Source: Nostoc punctiforme PCC 73102 (GTDB taxonomy: Bacteria; Cyanobacteriota; Cyanobacteriia; Cyanobacteriales; Nostocaceae). Taken from it: 32,000 nucleotides of DNA. Each line of letters begins with the position of its first letter. Position 1 is the stretch's first letter. Shown one piece after another: positions 1-8,059 of the stretch. The notes under the pieces are model-generated. The model searched no databases and was not told the DNA's origin. It saw only the letters and a list, made by a program, of their open reading frames with translations. A program made the translations under genes and the position numbers. Location: NCBI RefSeq assembly GCF_000020025.1, contig NC_010628.1, forward strand, positions 1,020,001-1,052,000. The letters are read 5' to 3'.

Positions 1-481
1 ACTCTTTAGCTAGTTGCTCAAAACTACCTCCTTCTTCAATTTGGGTTTGTAGTTCGTCTGCCAATTCTCGATTATTAACAACTATCCGAGATAGTACTAT
101 CCGATCCAAAAAGATTTTGCGTTCAATAAAATATTCTTGGATTTTTGGTTCCGTAACTACAGCTTTCAGCTTTTCTAACTTGTAACCAAAAGTAACTGAT
201 GTGTGAAATGTGGCGTAATCTGTGTTATTGGTTTTTAACCATTCTTGAAAACTTTGGGGATCAGTTAGTTGATTTTTCAGTCTAAAGTCAATAATGGCCT
301 GTTCGGTTATCGCTGTACCAATTTCAATATCGTCTCGTGTTCGGATTTCTTCCTCAATTACGTGCTGGCGGAGAATATCTCCAATGAACTGCCCCAATTT
401 TCCAGAGGCTTGCAGGTACTTTACAGCTTCCTCAATAGAAATTATTTGGTCATTAATTGTCAAAAATGATAAAGATTCCAT
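1..481 (-). CDS. Peptidyl-prolyl cis-trans isomerase, parvulin/PpiC type with SurA-N-like N-terminal region; only the 5' part is present, the gene runs off the window start
   Basis: Manual minus-strand translation from ATG (complement of cat at 479-481) is open to position 1: MESLSFLTINDQIISIEEAVKYLQASGKLGQFIGDILRQHVIEEEI...LDRIVLSRIVVNNRELADELQTQIEEGGSFEQLAKE. The last part resembles the start of a parvulin domain. It is absent from the ORF track because there is no stop inside the window. Confidence 0.6.
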   Translation of the reverse strand, partial: MESLSFLTINDQIISIEEAVKYLQASGKLGQFIGDILRQHVIEEEIRTRDDIEIGTAITEQAIIDFRLKNQLTDPQSFQEWLKTNNTDYATFHTSVTFGYKLEKLKAVVTEPKIQEYFIERKIFLDRIVLSRIVVNNRELADELQTQIEEGGSFEQLAKE

Positions 482-618
482 GAATTAATTATGTGAAAAT
501 GGTAAAACTCTTATAGAACTTTTAAATTAAATCATATAGAGATCATCTGGTCGTTGATAAATAAAAATGATAAAGATTCTATGAACTAATTACATCTAAA
601 TGGTCAAAAAATTATATA
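445..618. repeat. About 72-bp imperfect direct duplication of the PPIase translation start region (copy A 445-517, copy B 546-618)
   Basis: Core aaaaatgataaagattccatgaattaatta (462-491) versus aaaaatgataaagattctatgaactaatta (563-592), offset 101 nt. In copy B the start codon is ATA. Confidence 0.7.
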
Positions 619-791
619 GCTACTCAATATAATAATTTCCCATGATTCTGTTTACAGTCTAGTGGGGACAAAACAGGATTGAAAATTTCAGACTTAGTGC
701 AGTAGTAAAGCAGATTGCTTATTTTCTACCACTGGCCCTCATGAGTATTGGGTATTGAGTGCCGTTAGCAGTAGCGGGGCGTTTAGCCCGT

Positions 792-809
792 GCTTAGTGC
801 TGAGTTGAG
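792..809. repeat. STRR-like heptamer run GCTTAGT/GCTGAGT
   Basis: gcttagtgctgagttgag read directly. The same heptamer family recurs at 1785-1798. Confidence 0.6.
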
Positions 810-881
810 AATCTCACTTCTTTACTCAGAACTCAAAGAAGAGGAACCGTTTTACCCAATGCCCAATTCCCAATACTCGAT

Positions 882-1727
882 CTACTTAATGATATTTATC
901 CATGTCCAGGAAAGTAGCACAGCCGCGATCGCACCGATTAATGTATTAAAAATATTTACTACCTCATTGGTCAGCCAGGTATACTTAGATTGCAACGTTG
1001 CCCCAATCACACTTTCTAAGTTTGTGGCAATAAATGCTGCCAGTACACACCAAGCGACTCCTAATAGATCGATTAAACCAACTCCCCAACCAACAAATGC
1101 GATCGCTACAGAAGCCACGATACCTGCTAAAGTTCCCTCCAAGCTTACAGCTCCTTCTGTACCACGAGGCACTGGTTTGAGTGTGGTAATTAGAAAGGTG
1201 CTTTTACCATACGCTTTACCAACTTCACTTGCGGTAGTGTCAGCCAGTTTGGTACTGAAACTCGCTACATAGCCTAGTAATAATAGGGACTGGAGACTTG
1301 TACTGAGCGCAGCCGGAGTATTGGGAACTAAAGACTTGTACTGAGCAAAGTCGAAGTATTGGGAACTAGGTAAAATAAATCCCGAATTTATTATCCCTAC
1401 TCCCAAGGCACACAGCGCCCCGGTCAAAGCTGAACCCCAGACATTCTCCGGGCCCCTAGCCCCAGAACGCTTTTCGGCAATTCCTTCAGCCTCTTTCTGC
1501 GCCATCCCGATGCGGGTAACACCAGAACCAACCAGAAAATAAAACATTACTACTGTATATCCTTGCCAGCCTAGAGTTACCCAAATTAGGATAGCCAGAA
1601 ACCACGCATGAAATGATCCAGCAGGCGTAAGTAGCTTTTTCGGAGCAATCCAAGCTAAACCCAATAGAATTGTGTTTAATACTACTGCCACCAACCAGGG
1701 ATTAACAGAATCAATTAAGGATGACAT
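882..1727 (-). CDS. DUF92/TMEM19-family integral membrane protein (family of plant VTE6 phytyl-phosphate kinase)
   Basis: Polytopic hydrophobic ORF. The motif ADTTASEVGKAYGKSTFLITTLKPVPRGTEGAVSLEGTLAG matches my recollection of the DUF92 signature (SDTxASExG...PGTxGGVSxxGT). The track start at 1733 is TTG, so I prefer the ATG at 1727 (MSSLIDS). Confidence 0.7.
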   Translation of the reverse strand: MSSLIDSVNPWLVAVVLNTILLGLAWIAPKKLLTPAGSFHAWFLAILIWVTLGWQGYTVVMFYFLVGSGVTRIGMAQKEAEGIAEKRSGARGPENVWGSALTGALCALGVGIINSGFILPSSQYFDFAQYKSLVPNTPAALSTSLQSLLLLGYVASFSTKLADTTASEVGKAYGKSTFLITTLKPVPRGTEGAVSLEGTLAGIVASVAIAFVGWGVGLIDLLGVAWCVLAAFIATNLESVIGATLQSKYTWLTNEVVNIFNTLIGAIAAVLLSWTWINIIK

Positions 1728-1784
1728 CAGCAATTAATCATGAGTAATTTTGTCTTAACATGAACAGAATAACGGATTTGTCAT

Positions 1785-1798
1785 GCTTAGTGCTTAGT
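1785..1798. repeat. STRR-like heptamer GCTTAGT x2
   Basis: gcttagtgcttagt read directly, in the same orientation as the 792-809 copy, so the two bracket the DUF92 gene. Confidence 0.55.
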
Positions 1799-2335
1799 TC
1801 CTGAAACCTCTCCAGTTAAAGTAATATGTTTGTATTGTTAACTGAATTGCATCCGATCGCTCTTAAAGCTGAGTGTAAAACTACAAACAACGTTTTACAT
1901 ATACACTGCAATATTTATTAAAGGAGGTAGATTAAACAAAATGCAAAAATTTTGTTTAGTTGGGTAGACTCTTCTAGTAACTTATCCAAAGCACTTTATT
2001 ATGTTACGTAAAGTTCTCAATACACCATCTATCATAAAGTTGTCAGCTCTGAAATTTAAGTTACTGAGTGTCTTGCCTAGGCAAACATAAATTATTAGTA
2101 TACCTGCACAAGAGAAAGTAGTCACCTAAAGAATTAAGTGTAAATTATGTAAATGTAGGGCGAAGTCCTTAGCCCAAGGTGCAGTGACTCAAGTTATACT
2201 CAGTCCCTAGTTTTAGTTATAAGGATCAAGGATATAAATTATTGTCAGCTAAAACTGTGTTCAAGTTGACGACAATCAAAACTTAACAGAATAAATTGTA
2301 GATAGTATTAACTACTAAAATTTTTCCCAGAAGCT

Positions 2336-2767
2336 ATGAGCCAAACTTTATTCCATCTTGCTTTCCCTGTGACTGACATTGCCCAAACAAAAGCATATTA
2401 CGTGGATGGATTGGGCTGCATTCCTGGTCGTGAAAACCATCACGCGCTGATTCTAAATCTCTATGGTCATCAACTAGTGGCTCACGTAACAAAAGAACCC
2501 TTGATACCGCAACAAACTATATATCCCAGACACTTTGGGCTAATTTTTACCCAAGAACGTGACTGGCAAGACTTACTAGAAAGGGCACAACAAAAACAGC
2601 TACTTTTTCGTGAAGAAACCAAAAATCGCTTTGTCGGTTCTCCTCTTGAACATCGTACTTTCTTTCTAGAAGATCCTTTTTATAACCTTATGGAATTCAA
2701 GTATTATCGTCACCCAGAGGCGATTTTTGGAAGTTACGAACATATGCAAATTGGGGATAGGACTTAA
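2336..2767 (+). CDS. VOC-family (glyoxalase/bleomycin-resistance/dioxygenase fold) protein
   Basis: 143-aa ORF with ATG start. N-terminus LFHLAFPVTDIAQTKAYYVDGLG and overall size are typical of single-domain VOC proteins. Confidence 0.65.
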   Translation: MSQTLFHLAFPVTDIAQTKAYYVDGLGCIPGRENHHALILNLYGHQLVAHVTKEPLIPQQTIYPRHFGLIFTQERDWQDLLERAQQKQLLFREETKNRFVGSPLEHRTFFLEDPFYNLMEFKYYRHPEAIFGSYEHMQIGDRT

Positions 2768-2826
2768 GTAATTCGTAATTCGTAATTTAAAGATGAATAG
2801 ATTCAGGGTGTTAAGTATCTTGGCTA

Positions 2827-3459
2827 CTAACTGGATGCTTTTTTAAGGAAGGGCAGCTTAATAGGCTCTGTTAAAGCTGCTTTGACTGCTGCTAAACTCC
2901 TTGGGTCTGTTAGCATCCAAGGGTGTAGGGCAACTGGTACTATTACTTCGCTTCCTACTGGCATTTGTGAACTATTCGCTGGGACAATCATCAAATCATA
3001 AGGTGTCCAGATCGAAGTAAAATCTAATTGCTCCAATATTACAGCATCAGAATTTAAATCCTTGAGAAAAATGCTGTCGGGGCGCATTTGTATACAACCA
3101 GGACGCTGGGAACCATAAGCAACCACAGTTCCATGATGGGGTGAAGAGATCGTAATAAATCTCTGAATGCGGTTAATTCCTCCCAGTCGCTGGATATAGT
3201 AACGGCTGACAATCCCTCCCATACTAAAGCCTATTAAATCTAGCTCTTGTTCTGGTGCAAAGGTGGCTGTAACATAATCGGCTACCTGCTTTGCCAATTT
3301 ATCAAGGCCCACATCACCATTATTAGGAACCAGATCCAGAGAATATACAGACCACCCCTGTAATCCTAAGTAACCTGTCATTTTATGAAAAACCGCCCCC
3401 CTATCGTCAATGCCATGTACCAATAGCACAGGATTGCGCTGCTGATTTTCAGTATTCAT
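2827..3459 (-). CDS. Alpha/beta-hydrolase, small lipase/esterase
   Basis: NPVLLVHGI oxyanion-region motif and a GFSMGG nucleophile elbow (GxSxG). At 210 aa it resembles the small Bacillus LipA-type and cyanobacterial lipases. Confidence 0.7.
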   Translation of the reverse strand: MNTENQQRNPVLLVHGIDDRGAVFHKMTGYLGLQGWSVYSLDLVPNNGDVGLDKLAKQVADYVTATFAPEQELDLIGFSMGGIVSRYYIQRLGGINRIQRFITISSPHHGTVVAYGSQRPGCIQMRPDSIFLKDLNSDAVILEQLDFTSIWTPYDLMIVPANSSQMPVGSEVIVPVALHPWMLTDPRSLAAVKAALTEPIKLPFLKKASS

Positions 3460-3860
3460 CTCTCAAATCTGGCTGAATGAAGTCTGTACAAAATGTAACT
3501 GAGTGCTGTTGCTATCTGGGAACAATCTATGACACTCCTCCCACTGGTTAAAAGTAAACCGCTTGCTTTTTTTCCAATCAATAATTTTCAAACGAAGAAG
3601 TGTTAATTTTTATAAAGCTTGCTTTCAGAATCTTGCTCTTAGTTACAGTAAAATTTAATAATTAGTTCTCGGTGTATGAAGGTCGCAAGTGCTTGCATAA
3701 AGAACATTTGCCCTATAGTTTTACTACAATGTTGATTAAGCACAAATCTATAAGGGTTGTCATCAGAACGAGATGACACCAAAACAGGAAATGTTACATT
3801 TTTTCGTAATTTTTAACAATTACGGTCGAGTTCCAAATATACAAGGCAGGAGTAATTGTA

Positions 3861-4325
3861 ATGGATTTTATCAAAAAGTTAATTTCAGGGATTCTCGGTT
3901 TCGTGACTGGGATTCTTGGTTTCGTGACTGGGTTGTTACCTGGTAAAAAACAAAGCAATGGTTACTTCTTAGAACTGGACGAAGCAACCAGCCAATCGAA
4001 ACCAGCAGCATCAAACGGTAAAAAGGCTGCGGCCCCAGCAGTATCTTCGGCTGCAAAAAGCCCTGAACCTCAGACTGCTAAAGCAACCACAGCTGCGACA
4101 CAGACCAAAGTAGAAGCATCTCAGAATGGTAAAGCTGTCAAAGCTGAACCCGCTAAAGCAGTCGCCACCGCTAGCCCAAAAACACCTGCTGAAACCACCT
4201 TTGCACCAAAATATCTTGCTCCTTCGACTACTAGCTCTAATGGTCGTCGTCGTCCAGGTGCGAATATGAGTGCTTACCTAGACATGGCACGTCAGGTTAA
4301 AACGCCTAACACGTCTAACAATTGA
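3861..4325 (+). CDS. Hypothetical protein with a hydrophobic/amphipathic N-terminus, an Ala/Lys/Thr/Pro-rich low-complexity centre and a basic C-terminal motif
   Basis: ATG preceded by aggcaggag (SD-like). MDFIKKLISGILGFVTGILGFVTGLLPGKK..., C-terminal TFAPKYLAP...NGRRRPGANMSAYLDMARQ. I do not recognise a family. Confidence 0.55.
   Translation: MDFIKKLISGILGFVTGILGFVTGLLPGKKQSNGYFLELDEATSQSKPAASNGKKAAAPAVSSAAKSPEPQTAKATTAATQTKVEASQNGKAVKAEPAKAVATASPKTPAETTFAPKYLAPSTTSSNGRRRPGANMSAYLDMARQVKTPNTSNN
3888..3929 (+). repeat. 21-bp tandem duplication inside the CDS (encodes GILGFVT twice)
   Basis: gggattctcggtttcgtgact followed by gggattcttggtttcgtgact, 1 mismatch. Confidence 0.85.
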
Positions 4326-4552
4326 TAGAGAGGCGAAATTGCCGGTCTCTACAAGTTGAATGTGAATCCGCAAGGTTAAGGCAAATTTGCCAGTTGTAGA
4401 TGGAGGAACTCTCCAAGCTAGGAGCGATCGCTTAATTTTCTCCACTACAACTTCATCTTTATACGGTAGAGACTTTTTCATCAAAAACTAATCTTTTCCC
4501 ATTTCCTCTGAATCAAAGCTCTTGAAGCCAAAAGACATATTGACTTCTTTTG

Positions 4553-5067
4553 CTACTGGAGATTGTGGCGATCGCTAATTGCTTCCACTGCTTTGGCTAC
4601 TTGGGTTAATACCATTGTAGGATCGTTTGTCTGACTTAGCACGGCAAAGGGTAATAAGCCTGGAACACTCATAAACCAAACCTGTCTGTAGGTTGTTCCC
4701 ACAGGCGTATTACCTCAAACTGATGATAAGTGTTGTTTAATTTAAAACTGTTTTCATTGACTAATTCTGAACTTGTTTTTCTCAAATAGATTACTACTTG
4801 ACGCATTTCTTTGTTAGGAAAGCGGCGATAAACCCTAACCCGATAATTTAACATCCGAAAGGGGATGGCTTCATCAGGGTCGGTTTGAAATTCGGTATGT
4901 AGAACTAAATTATAAGATTGTAATAAAATTAATGAATCGGCACGAATTGGTTCGCTTGATAATTCAGTGGGGCTAAGTTCTGTTAATTTAATCGGTGAAC
5001 CTAGTAACCAAGTTGCTAAGTCATCTTTGAAGTTTTCGGCAATGAATTTACAGATATTGTCATACAT
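4553..5067 (-). pseudogene. Rpn-family recombination-promoting nuclease/putative transposase (PD-(D/E)XK; cyanobacterial MYDNICKF... type), frameshifted and C-terminally truncated
   Basis: The ORF 4669-5067 (MYDNICKFIAENFKDDLATWLLG...IRADSLILLQ...FRMLNYRVRVYRRFP...VIRLWEQPTD) stops early. The expected continuation SVPGLLPFAVLSQT...VAKAVEAISDR is readable in another frame at 4669-4556 and then hits a stop at 4553-4555. As I recall them, full-length relatives are roughly twice this length. Confidence 0.6.
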
Positions 5068-5185
5068 GGCAGCCTGAAAGTAAGGGGATCAGAGATTTTG
5101 ATAAAAATTTAATTTGTTGCTGTTGGGTTTTATTGTGTCAACCCAACATAATGTTACTAAATCACTGTTTTAAACACCACCTAAC

Positions 5186-5956
5186 CTAATTACCAAGTAA
5201 CTCTTGTCTACGCTGCTCCTGTTCTTGCTTCTCAACTTGAGCATATATGTCCCAATATTCACCTACTGCTCCTAGAGATTCATAGTGTATTTCATCTCTC
5301 AATTTATCAGCTTTTTCATCAGCTCCTAAAATAGACATAATTTCTCTACGTTGTGGTTTTTCAAGTTCCAAAAACCATTTTATAAAAGCTGAGATAATGA
5401 TTTCTTTGGAGAATATATTGTCATGGGTAACAGCACAGGAGGGACATACATAGGTAAGATAATTAGACTCATCACCTACAGATCCTATATCTATTTTTTT
5501 AATCTTAATTGATGTCTCGGCAATATAAAAATTTGTTTGCTGGCATGGTTGACTTAGAGCATTTTGACTTGCAATGCATTCTATAAGATTATTAGGTCGT
5601 TTTTGTTCAGCAAAATTCATTGCTGTTGCTAAAATAGCTATGTAACCAGGATAGTTAGGTAGCATTTCTCCCTTTGAAGCCATCCAAGGAAGTTTAGATA
5701 AAACAGAGAAGTAATGGTATCTGGTTCTTATACAAGGGTTCATAAATGCTTTTTTCTTTCCAAAGTAATGTTGTTCTGTCAAGTCAATATCCATTTGTTG
5801 ATAATATTCTGGAGAGAGAGCATCTCTCTGACAACTTTGAGCGACTTTAGCTAGTATATTCATGTTAACCTGTGCATCACTTCTCATTGGTGTTAACAAC
5901 AAAGCCGAGCTAGTTACTACCAAAGCTATTAAGCTTTTAAATGTGAAATTCATCAT
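5186..5956 (-). CDS. Hypothetical secreted protein (signal peptide, 6 Cys, acidic coiled C-terminus), translationally coupled to the upstream kinase
   Basis: N-terminus MMNFTFKSLIALVVTSSALLLTPMRSDAQ looks like a Sec signal. Its ATG overlaps the kinase TGA (ATGA at 5953-5956). No family recognised. Confidence 0.6.
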   Translation of the reverse strand: MMNFTFKSLIALVVTSSALLLTPMRSDAQVNMNILAKVAQSCQRDALSPEYYQQMDIDLTEQHYFGKKKAFMNPCIRTRYHYFSVLSKLPWMASKGEMLPNYPGYIAILATAMNFAEQKRPNNLIECIASQNALSQPCQQTNFYIAETSIKIKKIDIGSVGDESNYLTYVCPSCAVTHDNIFSKEIIISAFIKWFLELEKPQRREIMSILGADEKADKLRDEIHYESLGAVGEYWDIYAQVEKQEQEQRRQELLGN

Positions 5957-7674
5957 TTATTTCCTTCTCTTATTACTTGTTCTAATTCATCGGAAGCTTT
6001 AGGAATGGGATATGTAGATTCCCAAGGATTAGGGATATTAGCCCCATCATTTTTTGTACCTATTGCGTTTTTGGGTTGTTTTTTTGGAACTTCTTGTTTA
6101 GGTGTTAATTTCCGTGTATTTGAGGTTATTACAGTTGTTTTTGGTCGTTGCTTAATTTGCAAATAAACCTGTTTAGCCTTTTCAAGTTTAATTTTTGTCT
6201 GTCGGTCTTTATCGGCTTGTTGCCTTTTTTGTGCAACTAAAGCATCTTGATGTTCATTTTCTCTTATCACCGCCTCTAGCTGCTCTGTTTCTGCTGTAGC
6301 AGCAGCTTCTTTTTTAATAGCCGCTTGTCTCTCTTGCTCTGCTTTTAAAATAGCCTGAAGTTTTTCTTTTTCTATCTCTTCTATTTGAGCTTGTTCGATT
6401 TCTAGTTTGTCAGATGTAGGCAAAGTTAGAGGGCTTATTGTGGGTTGAGGTTGAGCATTTGTTGGGATTTCATAAACTTTGGTAACTGGTGAGGGAACTG
6501 AACTAGGAATAGCTACTGGGATATTTCCTTCAGGAGAAACAGAAACCGGGTTTTTATTGTTTGGTAGGTTAAGAGCAGCAGTAAAAACCGCAAAACAACC
6601 AACTCCTAAGCCGATGAAAACTTGCCAAAGTTTTTGACTTTTCGGAGTCTGGCTAGAAAGTGTATTGACTGATTTAGCTCCACCGAATGATACAGTAGCT
6701 ACAGAACTAGATGACGCAGCAGATTTAGACCCATTGTTTGATTGAATTGTCGTTTGTTGCCATAGTATTCTAGGCATTTGTAACGCTTTTTCAATTTCGC
6801 TCAATTTCTGCAAAATCACTTGCGTATTTTCAGGACGCTGATTTACAGTAGGAGCCATTAAATGGTCGATTAAATCTGCCAAAAGGGGAGAAAGATTGAG
6901 TGCAGATTTTCGCCAGTGCAACTCGTTCGTGAGAGGATCGTAAATAGATTGATCCTGGGGTTCCTTACCTGTGAGCAGAAAAATAAAAGTCCGTCCCAAT
7001 GCAAAAAAGTCTGACTGCTGTACTGAATAACCGTTTTGTTGCTCTGGTGGGGAATAACCCTGTGAAATAATTCTGGTATGGGAATTTCCCGCCAAAATTG
7101 TTGTTGTGACTTGTCGAACTGCACCAAAATCAATTAAGACAAGCTGCCCATTTGGTTGCAGCATGATATTTTGAGGTTTAATATCACGATGAAAATATTG
7201 ATGAGCGTGTACTAAAGCAAGAATTTCTACAAGTTGTTTGAGCCAATTGAGAGCTTGAGCTTCAGAAATACGTTGATAATTACGAAATTCCATCCACTGC
7301 TCTAAATTTACGCCTTCAATTTTCTCCATTGCTAAACAGTGCAATGGTAGAGAGCTATTTTTAGGTAAAACAGTAAAATAACCATCTGGTTCTACCTTGG
7401 GAATACCCGCACTGTTTAGCTGGCTCAAAACCCTTGCTTCCTGCTGAAACAGTTCAATAGCTTTAGGGTTATTGTCAGTTAGCACTTTTAAAACTTTCGT
7501 TTTCCCACACTCTTCAACTTCAAAAGTGTTACCAAAGCCACCTTGTCCTAGTTGTTTGATTACCCGATAGCGACCTTGCAACAGTATTTCTGACCCACAG
7601 TTACGGCAAATAAGGTTGTTTGCATTCACTGGGTCAACTGGTTTTGGACAATGGGGATTTATACAATAGGTCAT
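5953..7674 (-). CDS. Ser/Thr protein kinase (Hanks type) with an N-terminal 4-Cys zinc-ribbon prefix, one TM helix and an extracytoplasmic Glu/Lys/Gln-rich coiled coil
   Basis: CINPHCPKP...CRNCGS prefix. Kinase motifs: GQGGFGNTF glycine loop, VLKVL lysine, HRDIKPQN, DFG and SPPE. TM segment LWQVFIGLGVGCFAVFTAALNL, then a TolA-like EKEKLQAILKAEQERQAAIKKE... stretch. Confidence 0.9.
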   Translation of the reverse strand: MTYCINPHCPKPVDPVNANNLICRNCGSEILLQGRYRVIKQLGQGGFGNTFEVEECGKTKVLKVLTDNNPKAIELFQQEARVLSQLNSAGIPKVEPDGYFTVLPKNSSLPLHCLAMEKIEGVNLEQWMEFRNYQRISEAQALNWLKQLVEILALVHAHQYFHRDIKPQNIMLQPNGQLVLIDFGAVRQVTTTILAGNSHTRIISQGYSPPEQQNGYSVQQSDFFALGRTFIFLLTGKEPQDQSIYDPLTNELHWRKSALNLSPLLADLIDHLMAPTVNQRPENTQVILQKLSEIEKALQMPRILWQQTTIQSNNGSKSAASSSSVATVSFGGAKSVNTLSSQTPKSQKLWQVFIGLGVGCFAVFTAALNLPNNKNPVSVSPEGNIPVAIPSSVPSPVTKVYEIPTNAQPQPTISPLTLPTSDKLEIEQAQIEEIEKEKLQAILKAEQERQAAIKKEAAATAETEQLEAVIRENEHQDALVAQKRQQADKDRQTKIKLEKAKQVYLQIKQRPKTTVITSNTRKLTPKQEVPKKQPKNAIGTKNDGANIPNPWESTYPIPKASDELEQVIREGNK

Positions 7675-7908
7675 TAGACAAAAGTAAATATCCTAAAAAA
7701 ATGATTTTTATTGATATTTAAACAGAGGGCTAAATCTATAATGTTCTATTAATAGAGTTCCCTAAAATTTTGACAAAGTAACATATATAGCGGTTCTCAC
7801 TTGCCATACAGTCTGAACTTCACCTCGTATTTGCTGATGTAAACACTCCCCTATCTTTAGCAAGGCTACGATGTAGATACATCTTTGTATAAAACCAAAA
7901 TTGTTTAA

Positions 7909-7985
7909 GATCCCCCTAAATCCCCCTTAAAAAGGAGGACTTTGAAGGGCTTTTGCCTTCTTTTTTAAGGAAGGTTAGAGGGATC
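7909..7985. repeat. MITE-like imperfect palindromic element (gatccccctaaatccccctt...ttagagggatc)
   Basis: The termini gatccccctaa and ttagagggatc are inverted repeats with 1 mismatch. The interior ccccttaaaaagg / ccttcttttttaagg also pair. It resembles small dispersed palindromic repeats of Nostoc genomes as I recall them. Confidence 0.5.
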
Positions 7986-8059
7986 TCAAAAGCTTGTGGG
8001 GCAATGTTATAAGACTTGTGTGTACACCTTAGCTTTAGCCTTAAGTAAGCTTGAGATTA

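Noticed and set aside
269-488. Two plus-strand ORFs of 64-66 aa at the window start
   Set aside because: They are antisense to the minus-strand PPIase reading frame, which stays open for 160 codons to the window edge with a family-like sequence.
790-1272. 160-aa plus-strand ORF antisense to the DUF92 gene
   Set aside because: It is fully contained within the better-supported minus-strand membrane-protein gene, and its 5' part is encoded by STRR repeats.
1915-1965. Strong SD (aaggagg) followed by an 8-codon micro-ORF (MQKFCLVG) and an A/T hairpin aaacaaaat-gcaaaa-attttgttt in the 600-nt DUF92/VOC spacer
   Set aside because: It is too short and of too low complexity to call. There is no supporting conservation information, and the hairpin is pure A/T.
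4278-4484. 68-aa minus-strand ORF (MMKKSLPYKDEVVVEKIKRS...) between the hypothetical gene and the Rpn remnant
   Set aside because: It overlaps the 3' end of the 3861-4325 gene by 48 nt and shows no recognisable family. It lies in DNA that appears to be debris of the decayed Rpn locus. It cannot be supported as a gene, although a small toxin/antitoxin-like remnant cannot be excluded.
6870-7133. Short ORFs nested in larger genes (6870-7133, 8817-9056, 9187-9445, 11599-11838, 12315-12500, 17528-17782, 18315-18563, 19183-19410, 21653-21844, 23572-23769, 24261-24473, 24907-25284, 25327-25560, 25944-26523, 27155-27482, 30796-31029, 31299-31658)
   Set aside because: All lie inside, or antisense to, genes with strong family signatures and have no independent support.
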